A stretch of 63,992 bases of DNA, filler included, from an uncultured bacterium (lineage in GTDB: Bacteria; Auribacterota; CAZIXI01): the NCBI GenBank assembly GCA_964543115.1. It is 6 parts of 6 records of this genome, joined end to end, with 100 filler letters (N's around TTAATTAATTAA, not from the genome) between each part and the next. Parts side by side here need not be neighbours in the genome. Positions count along the whole stretch, not along the records: positions 32,501 to 43,070 come from CAZIXI010000113.1; positions 43,171 to 53,576 come from CAZIXI010000115.1; 4 more parts are not named here. One strand, 5' to 3'. The notes beneath the pieces are model-generated. The model was not told the origin of the DNA and did not search any database. It saw only the letters and a program-made list of their open reading frames with translations. Made by a program: the position numbers and the translations under genes. Below are positions 40,275-49,845 of this stretch, one piece after another; the stretch's first letter is position 1, and every line of letters starts with the position of its first letter.

Positions 40275-43070
40275 TCATTCCTCAAACTTCGCTGTAATTA
40301 CATCCAGAAAATCCCCTTCTGCCTGTTCGCGCCGAGTATCACTGACCAGATTAATAGTTTTTATTGCCGAACCCACATAAGCATCTCTCTGCCTTTTGGG
40401 TATTTCTGCCAATATTGATTCCGGGCCAATTGGTGTGGGAACCTCTAAGAGCGAGAGTTGAAAGAGAACCTGGACACCCAACTGGCTGCTTAATACCTTA
40501 CTAATCTCAGATCTTGCCTCAGCTAACCGCACAGAAATCTCTTCAGCTGAGGGGAATTGTCCACTATCGTTTCTGGCGAAAACAAAATAGAATTTATCCG
40601 GGCCGATCCGGACAATGCTTACTCCCTGAAGATGAAACTTGCGATGGAGCCAAAGATTTAGGAGAAAGATAACATCATCTCCGCCTTTTTTTCTTCCATA
40701 AACATCCTGCATGGATTTAAAACCATACACCTTTTTGTCTTCTTCACCTTTGCGGGGCTGACGGGTATGGGTTTTAGCTATATCTTCGAAACGGGATAAT
40801 AAATCCATATCCTGCAATTCATAACCCACATCCAGGCGGCAAAGAAGAACATCCGTTTGCCCGTAATATAAGGTATCCCCGATAATTGCCCCCAAAGCGG
40901 ATTTCTTATAAGCTGGAAATTTCCCTTCTACGGCATAATTCCTTTGCCGCAAAAATGTCCGGGCCACATTGACTTCTCCTGCTAACTCGCTCATTTCCTC
41001 CGCGGAAAAAAGAGAATCTTCATCTTCTTCCGCGCGAACTAGATCTTCCCTGCCCGCTACTTGTATCATTTGCGGATTTTCTTTCTTGGCTCTTTCTTCA
41101 ACAAATTCTGCCTGTTCCAAGATATCATCAATCCAAAAACGGATATTGCGCTTACCCCTGCGGGGCACATGTTTTGCCCGGACAGCTCCCATGGGCAGCC
41201 AGGGAATTTCCACGTTAACATCCGGCCGCAGACTGGCGCCAGTATCGCTAATAAGCGCATTTAATCTTGTCAGAACTTCGCCTATCTCCCCTTCCCGCAA
41301 ATCAATTAATAGACAATACCTGTCTTCAATCTCAAGATCGCGGGTACCAACCGGCAGTTTTTCTCCTGTTAAAGAACGAAATGATTTATCCGCTGCTAAC
41401 AACTCCCTGACCTGCGACAGAACACCTTCTTCATCAGCTCCCTGGGGGATTTTTATCGAGGCAAACCCGTAATGGCCATTAAAATGTTCATAGATATCCC
41501 GCTGAATATCTTCTAGAATAGCCTGCACCTCGTGCGGCGCCAGTTCTCTCGGTAATGTAAGGATTACTTCATCAGCCATCAAATGGGCGGCAAAACCGCC
41601 ATAGCGGCGGCAAACATTATCCGCAAGGTCGGCTACCTTTTTTATGAAATAATTCACCGTTACCGGATCATAAGTCATATTGCGGTTCCAGAGCTTGAGA
41701 AAGTCTCCAAAAATAACCCAGGCATCGCCATGGGCCTTTAAGGCATTATTCAGCCGGTCAATCGGATCCTGAAACATCTTTTCATTCGGCAACTTATATT
41801 GAGCATCGTAACCATCTTCCACAGTGCCAATATTGAGATTAAATATTTTAACCTGATCAATCATCTGCTGGAAATAGCCTTGAACGATTTCAGAACATTG
41901 TCCATCTATGCTTTCCAGGCGCTTATCCAGTTGATAATCATAATCAGAGACATCTTCACTAAGGCCGGCAACTCCTGTTGTGACTAGTTCTAATAGCTGC
42001 TGAAAACAGTTAAATTCCAGTTCCTTTAATTGCCGGAAGACTTCCTCCGCGCGTTCGGCTACCGTTGAAGGGAAATAGTATTTTTGCTCCTGTAGTTCCT
42101 TGAAATGCATCATCATCCGGTAGGATTTATCACCAATTCGTTTGGCCTTTTTAAAGAGGAAATCAACCTCTCTTCTCTTTATATCGCAAAGAAAGGCATC
42201 ATTACCCAGGGGAAGCAAGTCTACTCCCTCCCTTAAATATTCATCATATAATGGTGTGCTCTTATAGACCCGCAGGAACGCTGACGGAGTGGGAATGGCA
42301 GTGATTAAATCATGCTCGTCAATCGCTTGAATGTTTTTCTGGATTTGAGCGAGTGTGCTCTCCCGGTAAAAATTAATAAAACCAATCCTCGTTTCAATCC
42401 CGGCATCACGCAGCGCCTGGATGGTCCGCAAATTCGTAGCGGCCCTTGCCCCCTTACGGTAAAATCTTAACTGCTCGTCATCAAAGCTTTCTGCTCCAAG
42501 AAAAACCATCCGCAAGCCAGCTTCCCGCAATATTTCCAGGGCATTTTTCCCGCAATCAGGGCCCTGTTCCAGAATTGTTGTATTTACCGCTTTCACAACA
42601 GATGCCGCCCGGGCCAGACACCAGAAACTAATTTTTCCCTGCAATCCGCGGGCAATAATCTCCTGCGCGATAGCCATTGCCCGCTGGGGATCATTACCAA
42701 TAAAATCATCATCAACAAAGTCAAATCCGGTAATTCCATATTTAACGTGTAGTGCTTCTATTTCGTCAACCACTTTGTTAACGCTTCTGCTCCGCCAGTA
42801 AAGTTTTGTCGCGGGCACTTCCTCACTGGTCACGCTGCCTTTGGCATCCATAAATGTCCGCAGACCGCAAAAACGGCAGTTTCCCAGGCATCCGCGGGTT
42901 GTATCAATAAGCGCTTTTTTCAGGAAACGGGAATCCTGGCCGATAAGCAATGAATAATCCGGCTCAGGAAGCGTGCTTAGTTCTTCCCCGGTAAGCACAT
43001 GATGGTGGGGATTCTGCTGTATTTCACCGGTATCACTGTCCCGGTAGATTAGATTCTCAACTGCTGAAAA
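40275..43070 (-). CDS. B12-binding-class radical SAM domain plus two degenerate GGDEF-like domains, 5' truncated; separated from the next ORF by one in-frame TGA
   Basis: TTRGCLGNCRFC (CxxxCxxC), RSVNKVVDEI, FVDDDF, GAESFD; FKSMQDVYG...GDD...RIGPDKF. The frame is open to the contig edge at 43070. Confidence 0.8.
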   Translation of the reverse strand, partial: FSAVENLIYRDSDTGEIQQNPHHHVLTGEELSTLPEPDYSLLIGQDSRFLKKALIDTTRGCLGNCRFCGLRTFMDAKGSVTSEEVPATKLYWRSRSVNKVVDEIEALHVKYGITGFDFVDDDFIGNDPQRAMAIAQEIIARGLQGKISFWCLARAASVVKAVNTTILEQGPDCGKNALEILREAGLRMVFLGAESFDDEQLRFYRKGARAATNLRTIQALRDAGIETRIGFINFYRESTLAQIQKNIQAIDEHDLITAIPTPSAFLRVYKSTPLYDEYLREGVDLLPLGNDAFLCDIKRREVDFLFKKAKRIGDKSYRMMMHFKELQEQKYYFPSTVAERAEEVFRQLKELEFNCFQQLLELVTTGVAGLSEDVSDYDYQLDKRLESIDGQCSEIVQGYFQQMIDQVKIFNLNIGTVEDGYDAQYKLPNEKMFQDPIDRLNNALKAHGDAWVIFGDFLKLWNRNMTYDPVTVNYFIKKVADLADNVCRRYGGFAAHLMADEVILTLPRELAPHEVQAILEDIQRDIYEHFNGHYGFASIKIPQGADEEGVLSQVRELLAADKSFRSLTGEKLPVGTRDLEIEDRYCLLIDLREGEIGEVLTRLNALISDTGASLRPDVNVEIPWLPMGAVRAKHVPRRGKRNIRFWIDDILEQAEFVEERAKKENPQMIQVAGREDLVRAEEDEDSLFSAEEMSELAGEVNVARTFLRQRNYAVEGKFPAYKKSALGAIIGDTLYYGQTDVLLCRLDVGYELQDMDLLSRFEDIAKTHTRQPRKGEEDKKVYGFKSMQDVYGRKKGGDDVIFLLNLWLHRKFHLQGVSIVRIGPDKFYFVFARNDSGQFPSAEEISVRLAEARSEISKVLSSQLGVQVLFQLSLLEVPTPIGPESILAEIPKRQRDAYVGSAIKTINLVSDTRREQAEGDFLDVITAKFEE

Positions 43071-43170
43071 NNNNNNNNNNNNNNNNNNNNNNNNNNNNNN
43101 NNNNNNNNNNNNNNTTAATTAATTAANNNNNNNNNNNNNNNNNNNNNNNNNNNNNNNNNNNNNNNNNNNN

Positions 43171-44038
43171 CATTTATTTCTTCAACCGCCTTAAGCAGCT
43201 TGAAATCATATCCCAGCTTTTCACCTATTTTAACAAACGCGCTTACATCTTTTGGAAAACAAGAACCTCCGTATCCGATTCCGGCATCAAGGAATTTCCG
43301 GCCAATCCGTTTATCCAGCCCCATACCTTCAGCGACGCTGACTACATCGGCTCCGGTCCGTTCACAAATTTCAGCGACGGCGTTAATGTAAGAAATCTTC
43401 ATCGCCAGGAAAGAATTACAGGCATGCTTGATAATCTCGGCGCTATTAATATCGGTAACGATAATGGGCGCGTTTAACGGCTTATACAGTTCCGCCATCA
43501 ACTCTGCCGCCCGCGGCCCGGTTACCCCGACAACTATCCGGTCAGGATGCATAAAATCACTTATCGCTGTACCTTCACGCAGAAATTCCGGATTACTGAC
43601 AACATCAAAATCCACTTTATGGGTATTGTACCGGCGCACAGTTTCCGCCACCTTCTGCCCGGTTTCTACCGGAACAGTGCTTTTATCAACAATAACCTTA
43701 TACTCCTTCATGTGTTGCGCGATACTGCGGGCCACCTTGGCCACAAAACTGAGATCGGCCTCCCCGTTAGCCTTCGGCGGGGTACTTACGGCAATAAAAA
43801 CCGCCCGGGCCGAATCAATACCGGCAATAATATCGGTAGTAAAAGATAATCTCCCCGCCTTCACATTGCTAACTACCAAATCATCTAATCCCGGTTCATA
43901 AATAGGAATCTCGCCTTTTTTAAGGCTCTCCACCTTTTTTTCATTATTATCAACACAAATCACCTTGTTCCCCAGCTCCGCCAAACAGGTCCCGGTAACC
44001 AACCCGACATACCCTGCACCAATTATGGTAATGTTCAT
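43171..44038 (-). CDS. ugd: UDP-glucose/GDP-mannose 6-dehydrogenase, 3' truncated
   Basis: Motifs IGAGYVGLV, KSTVPVET, SNPEFLREG, GYGGSCFPKD. Confidence 0.95.
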
Positions 44039-44120
44039 ACTCTCTCCCTTTCTCTTCTCTTTTTTACATTCTGCTGGACATAAACCAATTTCGGGACGAC
44101 ACAGAGGTCGCCCCTACTAA

Positions 44121-45059
44121 TTATTCCAATACTTCCTTGATCACATAAATCGGTTTCTTCTGGGATTCGTGATAGGTGCGGATCATCAATTCTCCCAACA
44201 ATCCCATACTGATAAATTGTACCCCCAGAAAAATAAACATAATACTCAAGAATAATGCCGGACGATTTCCTAAAGGAATACGCAGGAAAATGCGCTGGAA
44301 TCCCAGATACAATGCCCAAACAAACCCCACCGTTCCCGCCCCCAGGCCAACCAACCCGAAAATCTGTATCGGGCTGGAAAAATACGAGAGCAGGAACTTA
44401 ACCGTAATCAGATCAAGAATCACCCTGAATGTCCGGCCGATCCCGTATTTAGACTTACCAAACCTGCGGGGATGATGACGAACCTTTATCTCGGCAACCT
44501 TACCGCCCACCCAGGTAGCCAGGGCCGGAATAAACCTGTGCATCTGCCCGTAGAGTTCTATCTCTTTAATCACTTCCCGGCGATACGCTTTCAGTGAACA
44601 ACCATAATCATGCAAATGCACTCCCGTTATCCAGGAAATCAATTTATTGGCCAGAAAAGAAGGCAGCAGCCTGCTGAGCCAGGGATCTTTGCGCGGGCTG
44701 CGCCAGCCGCTGACAACATCATAACCCTCTTGCAGTTTCTCTAATAATTTGGGAATATCCCGCGGATCATTCTGAAGGTCGGCGTCCATGGTAATAATAA
44801 TCTTCCCCTGCGCCAGATCAAAACCGGCACTCAACGCCGCGGTCTGGCCAAAATTTGTCCGCAGCCTGATTACCTTCAGCTCCTTCAACTCCCGGTGAAG
44901 CTGCTCTAAAATAACCGCGGTTTTATCCGTACTGCCGTCATCAACAATAACAATCTCCGAACTTTCCTCCATCTTATCCAGTACATCTTTGAGCTGATGA
45001 CAGAACAACTTAATGTTTTCTTCTTCATTAAATACCGGAACAACTATCGATAAGTCCAT
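44121..45059 (-). CDS. GT2 polyprenol-phosphate glycosyltransferase (ArnC/GtrB-like)
   Basis: Motifs VVPVFNEE, VDDGSTD, NFGQTAA, MDADLQNDP; two C-terminal TM helices. Confidence 0.92.
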   Translation of the reverse strand: MDLSIVVPVFNEEENIKLFCHQLKDVLDKMEESSEIVIVDDGSTDKTAVILEQLHRELKELKVIRLRTNFGQTAALSAGFDLAQGKIIITMDADLQNDPRDIPKLLEKLQEGYDVVSGWRSPRKDPWLSRLLPSFLANKLISWITGVHLHDYGCSLKAYRREVIKEIELYGQMHRFIPALATWVGGKVAEIKVRHHPRRFGKSKYGIGRTFRVILDLITVKFLLSYFSSPIQIFGLVGLGAGTVGFVWALYLGFQRIFLRIPLGNRPALFLSIMFIFLGVQFISMGLLGELMIRTYHESQKKPIYVIKEVLE

Positions 45060-45080
45060 GGCCCTCTCCCGCTTTAATTC

Positions 45081-46009
45081 CTAAAAAAGCATCTTCCCTA
45101 ATTGCCTGATTCCTTCCGCGGCCTCTCTTTTTAAGGCATTAACCCTTCCATGCAGCTGCTCCCTGATCGCCTCCCGGTGCACCCAACAGAGTTTAATCTT
45201 GCTATAAAGATCCTCTCCCGTAAGATCTGCCAGGGGCAAAACAATCTGCTCCTCAGTCAATCCGCCTAACAAATCCACTATTGCCGCATCCTGCCGCAGC
45301 CCGACTACTGTCCTATTAATCGCCAGTGAACTAACCACTCCGCGAATATCCGCCGTCAACACTAGATCAACCTTACTNNNNNNNNNNNNGAATATCTCTC
45401 TGAATGCACTTCTTTCGTATTGGCGCTATACTTAACCCCTTTAACCAGCAACGGCATCGTTTGCCGGTCCTCCCGCAATAAAGGAATAAACACCACATTC
45501 AGGTCCAGATCCTCGATCAGGAGATCTAAAGCCTCAATTAACCGGCTGCGTTCTCCTTCCTCTATCGGCATCCCGACAACAGCAATCGAACCGCGCTTAC
45601 TCATCAGGCGTTCTTTGTTCCAGATACGGTTAATGCGTTTGGCCGTAGTCAGATCACCCAACAAGACCGGACTGGGATAATAATTATACCCTTCGCGCAA
45701 ACCACTTTTTCTATCTACCACAACCCAACGGGCCCGTTTAACAATTCGCGGAAAAACTGCACTTTCGGAATCTACATGATAGAGTAAGAGCCGTTTTTTC
45801 AACAGCGCGCTAAACATGAGCAGCCCGCGGAAAAGATCCTGCTGTCCGCAAACAAAAATATTTTTTACCTTAAAAATATCTTTAATAGTTTTTAAATAAT
45901 TACACCTGACCTGGGGGTAGAGCTCCTTAAATTCTTCTACCGTCACATCCAATAGCGCCTGGGAATACGCGTCAGTCGGACGAGCAAGAAAATATACATC
46001 CTCTTTCAT
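45081..46009 (-). CDS. Polysaccharide pyruvyl-transferase-like (WcaK/CsaB-like) protein, split by a 12-N scaffold gap
   Basis: GT-B-like pattern (VVFIPL; RGVVSSLAINRTVVGL...K). The frame change coincides with Ns at 45378-45389. Confidence 0.55.
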
Positions 46010-46010
46010 A

Positions 46011-46355
46011 TCAGCCTTTTTTTATGCTTTTTTTATGCCCGGTAAAAAATTTATAAACACATCCGCATTCACAAATATAATAATCAGTGGTCATCGCGCT
46101 AATATCATTACCGTCACGGGCCCTCACCTTTCGCAGCAATGGACTATCCCGGGTAAAATCCTTATGCACAACCACCAACGCCCCTTCATCAGGATGCAAA
46201 CTACATTTCGGACAGCAAAGCCGTCCTGCCCCGGCAATAGCCTTCGAGAGATCAATCTTAAGATATTCCAGTAAATCTTCTACACTACTATTCAATAGCT
46301 GCAAATAAGCCAGCTTCAGTTCCAGCCTTTCAACTTCAAAACGATATACATCCAT
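46011..46355 (-). CDS. Hypothetical protein with CPKC...CECG putative zinc ligands
   Basis: Clean ORF in operon-like spacing; Cys pairs. Confidence 0.65.
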   Translation of the reverse strand: MDVYRFEVERLELKLAYLQLLNSSVEDLLEYLKIDLSKAIAGAGRLCCPKCSLHPDEGALVVVHKDFTRDSPLLRKVRARDGNDISAMTTDYYICECGCVYKFFTGHKKSIKKG

Positions 46356-46418
46356 AATTAAGTATCCCTTATCTTATAAATATATTAAAGTTTGCCAATA
46401 TTATACTATTAATATAAA

Positions 46419-47297
46419 TTAATCAAGTTGAAAAACACCGGCAAAAAACCCCTTTACTTTTTGCTCATACTCTACCGGATAATCACTATGTGCCTGCCCA
46501 TGATCACTGCCGGGTACTAGCCAAAATTGGGCATTTTTCCCGCTGGCCCGCGCTTCTATGAACAGCCGCTGACTATGCTCTCCGGGAATCTGGGAATCCG
46601 CTGCTCCATGAATCAATAAAACCGGACAATCTATTTCTCTAATCTGTTGCTGGGGAGATATTTCTCCTAAGTCGACCCGCAGAAACACTTTAACCCATAA
46701 ATCCACCAGCTTGATTAACGGCCATTTCAAGGGCCCCAGATTCTTGAACAAAGAATCAAGAACGCTATTCAAATCAGCATAAGAAGAATCAGCCACAACC
46801 GCCTCAATCGCGGGATTATTCGCCAGAATCAGCACCGCCCCACCGAGAGAAAATCCCAGTGCCCCTATCTTCTTTATCCCTCGAGCCCGCAAATAATCCA
46901 CTGCCGCGGCCAAATCCTTAGTTTCCCGATAACCTACGGTAGTAATTGTTCCTTCACTTTCTCCCATCCGGCGAAAATCAAATAGAAAAATGCCATAATC
47001 AGGATAAAGAAATCTGACCAATCCCAGGATATTGCCCTTATCAAAAGGAAACCCGTGACAGGCAATAATAACCGGCGCGTCTTTCCGCGGGGAGGGAATA
47101 TACCAGGCAGCCAGTTTTACTCCATCGGCGGTAACCAGAGAAACTTTTTCATAATCCAGCCCCAAATCAGCCGGCGTCCCCCGCGTAACATAACGCGGCG
47201 GGTGGGTATGCACATAGAATACATACAGGGAAACGAGAAGAGACCACAGGCAGAAAATGATAATTCCCCAAATAAGGACTTTATTTATTAGAAGCAT
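46419..47297 (-). CDS. Membrane-anchored alpha/beta hydrolase
   Basis: N-terminal TM helix; CHG, GFSLGG nucleophile elbow, LIHGAADSQI, GSDHG. Confidence 0.9.
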   Translation of the reverse strand: MLLINKVLIWGIIIFCLWSLLVSLYVFYVHTHPPRYVTRGTPADLGLDYEKVSLVTADGVKLAAWYIPSPRKDAPVIIACHGFPFDKGNILGLVRFLYPDYGIFLFDFRRMGESEGTITTVGYRETKDLAAAVDYLRARGIKKIGALGFSLGGAVLILANNPAIEAVVADSSYADLNSVLDSLFKNLGPLKWPLIKLVDLWVKVFLRVDLGEISPQQQIREIDCPVLLIHGAADSQIPGEHSQRLFIEARASGKNAQFWLVPGSDHGQAHSDYPVEYEQKVKGFFAGVFQLD

Positions 47298-47458
47298 AGA
47301 TCGATAAATATATCATAAATACTAATAAAATATCTATACTTTTCTGCCAGACATTCTCCTCACCCAACACCCTAGACCACACACACTTAACTAGGGGACA
47401 GACAAAGAAAGGGAAAAACCTTGCCAAGCACCTCTTTTTATTGTAGAAGTATGGACAA

Positions 47459-48502
47459 ATGAAAAAGAAAAATATCCTTGATTGCACATTGACAGAATTG
47501 CAAAACTTTATCAGCGAACAGCAGCAGCCGGCATACCGGGCAAAACAAATCTTTGTCGGCCTTTACCAAAAAAAAGTTAACTGCCTCAAACAAATAAATA
47601 ATATTCCTCAATCACTGCTCTCCATCCTGGAAAAACATTACGGCCTTGATCAACCTGAACTTCTTCAGCTATTAAACTCCACAGACGGGACAGAAAAATA
47701 TCTCTTCAAACTCACCGATGGTAATTTTATTGAAACGGTACTCATTCCCGCCCCGGGACGCAATACCATTTGTCTCTCCACTCAGGTCGGCTGCAAATTC
47801 CACTGCCCTTTTTGCGCCAGCGGTTCACAAGGTTTTCGCCGCAATCTGGAGCCCGGCGAAATTATAAATCAAATCCTTTATATCCAGCGCCACAGTAACC
47901 GGCAAATAACAAACTATGTCTTCATGGGCATGGGTGAGCCCCTGGACAACTATGAAAACATTCTCGCTGTTCTGGCTAAAATGACCGGTAAACAAACACT
48001 GGGAATCAGTGCCCGCCGGATCACTGTTTCCACTTGCGGACTCATCCCGGCAATCAAGAAACTGGCCGGCCTGAAATTACAGCTAAACCTTTCCCTATCG
48101 CTGCATGCCGCTAACGACAAGTTACGCAACCGGCTGGTGCCCATTAACAAGAAATACCCTCTTATTCCCCTAATTGACGCCTGCCGGCAATACACAAAAA
48201 AAACCGGCCGGATGATGACCTTAGAGTATATCCTTTTAAATAAAATCAATGATCATCCTGAAGATGCCCGGGCCCTGGCAAAAATAGCAAAAAAGCTGCA
48301 AGCAAAAATAAATATTATCCCCTACAGCGATAATCTCGTAACCGGCTACCACGCTCCCTCCCCGGAACGCACCCAGGCATTTATTAGTGCATTAAAAAGT
48401 AGGGGCCGGACTTGCCCCGGCCCATTAGTCTCCGTAACCCTGCGGGAATCCAAAGGCCGCGACATCCGCGCCGCCTGTGGCCAATTGGCCTTGAGGACTT
48501 AG
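47459..48502 (+). CDS. rlmN: 23S rRNA/tRNA m2A methyltransferase RlmN with an in-frame palindromic insertion
   Basis: Motifs CLSTQVGCKFHCPFC, FMGMGEPL, ITVSTCG, SLHA, AACGQL. Confidence 0.96.
   Translation: MKKKNILDCTLTELQNFISEQQQPAYRAKQIFVGLYQKKVNCLKQINNIPQSLLSILEKHYGLDQPELLQLLNSTDGTEKYLFKLTDGNFIETVLIPAPGRNTICLSTQVGCKFHCPFCASGSQGFRRNLEPGEIINQILYIQRHSNRQITNYVFMGMGEPLDNYENILAVLAKMTGKQTLGISARRITVSTCGLIPAIKKLAGLKLQLNLSLSLHAANDKLRNRLVPINKKYPLIPLIDACRQYTKKTGRMMTLEYILLNKINDHPEDARALAKIAKKLQAKINIIPYSDNLVTGYHAPSPERTQAFISALKSRGRTCPGPLVSVTLRESKGRDIRAACGQLALRT
48399..48423 (+). repeat. GTAG-type REP-like palindrome inside rlmN
   Basis: GTAG-GGGCCGG-ACTTGCC-CCGGCCC (7-bp perfect stem). Confidence 0.7.
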
Positions 48503-48592
48503 CTTTCTTGCCGTTCTTGATATCTTTATTGCTTATTTATCTCCTCTGTTATATAATTAAATGGTTTGTTGTAAATAACTTCAGGAAGGCTG

Positions 48593-48823
48593 ATGTTTGC
48601 GGATATTATAATACCCCACTATTCAGGTGAAGAGATTGACTGGATAAAGCTAACACCGGAAAAACGTTTCCGAGAAACAACCAAGCTTTGGGATTTCTAT
48701 TTGGCAATGGGAGGCAGTCTTGATATCCAACCCGATCCTCAAAGTCCTTTCTACTTTCCAGAAACACAAGGTAAAAGCGCTTCTCATCGGCGGGCAGGCA
48801 AGCATAATCTACGGCGCGGTTGA
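48593..48823 (+). CDS. Small hypothetical protein, putative partner of the downstream nucleotidyltransferase
   Basis: SD-like AGGAAGG; 76 aa; overlaps the next gene by 104 nt. Confidence 0.65.
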   Translation: MFADIIIPHYSGEEIDWIKLTPEKRFRETTKLWDFYLAMGGSLDIQPDPQSPFYFPETQGKSASHRRAGKHNLRRG

Positions 48824-49463
48824 ATTCAGTAAAGATACTGATTTTGTTTTATTACTTGACAATAATAACCTGCGCAAACTTTCCCTCGCCTTAAAAGCGC
48901 TTAAGGCCCAACAAATATACCTTCCGCCATTAGAAAAAAAATATCTGGCGAAAGGGCATGCCTGCCATTTCCGCGCGGGAACAAAAGAGGCCCGGGGCCT
49001 GCGCATTGATATCCTGTCCCGAATGAGGGGGTGCGCTCCCTTCTCCGCCCTTTGGCGGCGGAGAAGAACAATAAAAATTAACAATCAGTTAAAAATTGAC
49101 GTACTTGGTTTAACTGACCTTGTTGCCTCCAAAAAAACGCAGCGGGATAAAGACTGGCTAATGCTGAGAAGACTCATCGAGATAGACATCTTAAGCACCA
49201 CTGCGCCTTCTGCTGACAAAATCAAATGGTGGCTATTAGAATGCATAACCCCGGAATTATTGTTCCAGCTTGCGGGAAAATATCCTCGGTTAGCTAAACA
49301 GTGTTTAGCTAACCGCCCCTTACTCAAACAGGCCCTCACCGGGAACGCGAAAAAACTGATTTTACGATTATCGGCAGAGGAAAAGCGCGAAAGGAAAAAA
49401 GACAAGGCCTACTGGGCTCCCTTAAAAAAAGCTCTGGAAAAGCTTAGGTGGCGAAAGAAATAG
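48720..49463 (+). CDS. Pol-beta-superfamily (AbiEii/MNT-like) nucleotidyltransferase
   Basis: LIGGQASIIYG...SKDTD signature; K...QRDKD motif. Confidence 0.75.
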   Translation: MISNPILKVLSTFQKHKVKALLIGGQASIIYGAVEFSKDTDFVLLLDNNNLRKLSLALKALKAQQIYLPPLEKKYLAKGHACHFRAGTKEARGLRIDILSRMRGCAPFSALWRRRRTIKINNQLKIDVLGLTDLVASKKTQRDKDWLMLRRLIEIDILSTTAPSADKIKWWLLECITPELLFQLAGKYPRLAKQCLANRPLLKQALTGNAKKLILRLSAEEKRERKKDKAYWAPLKKALEKLRWRKK

Positions 49464-49771
49464 GAAAAACGGGAACACCCCTTGCACTACAAACTCGCAG
49501 TATCATTCTGCGGCTAATACCCTTATGGACTATTTTCTGCTATTCGGGGATGTATTCCTGTAGGCGCTATTCATCAGACCGAGACCAAACACGGCAATTC
49601 CGGTATTGCTAGGACGTCAAGCGTATTGATAGGAATTGACTGTTCAACTCGCCTATGCTATATTAACAATTTCTCTAAATAGGATATAATAACTAATTAC
49701 TAAGTCTTTGATATTGTAAAACTTAGTTACTGGAGCAACCGGCTTTGTTAAGCGAACATTTGGTTGCTAAA

Positions 49772-49820
49772 GTTGACATCCACTTGACACATGTCAACTA
49801 TTGCTGTATAATGTTGACAT
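49772..49820 (+). promoter_or_regulatory. Consensus sigma70 promoter overlapped by three GTTGACAT operator half-sites
   Basis: TTGACA 49784-89, 17-bp spacer, TATAAT 49807-12; GTTGACAT 49772, ATGTCAAC 49791, GTTGACAT 49813. Confidence 0.85.
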
Positions 49821-49845
49821 CTAAATGTGCAAGGAGGTGTGTATT

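Noticed and set aside
40275..40277. Selenocysteine readthrough of the TGA
   Set aside because: It lies in an inter-domain linker rather than a Cys-equivalent catalytic position, and no convincing SECIS hairpin follows.
45081..46009. Two separate genes (45081-45362 and 45362-46009) or a programmed frameshift
   Set aside because: The frame change coincides with a 12-N gap of estimated length, and the two parts read as one pyruvyl-transferase-like protein.
47380..49630. Possible repeat or transposon remnants (TAGGGGACAGAC at about 47392; AAAACGGGAACACCCC at about 49466)
   Set aside because: Too short and single-copy within the window to support a call.
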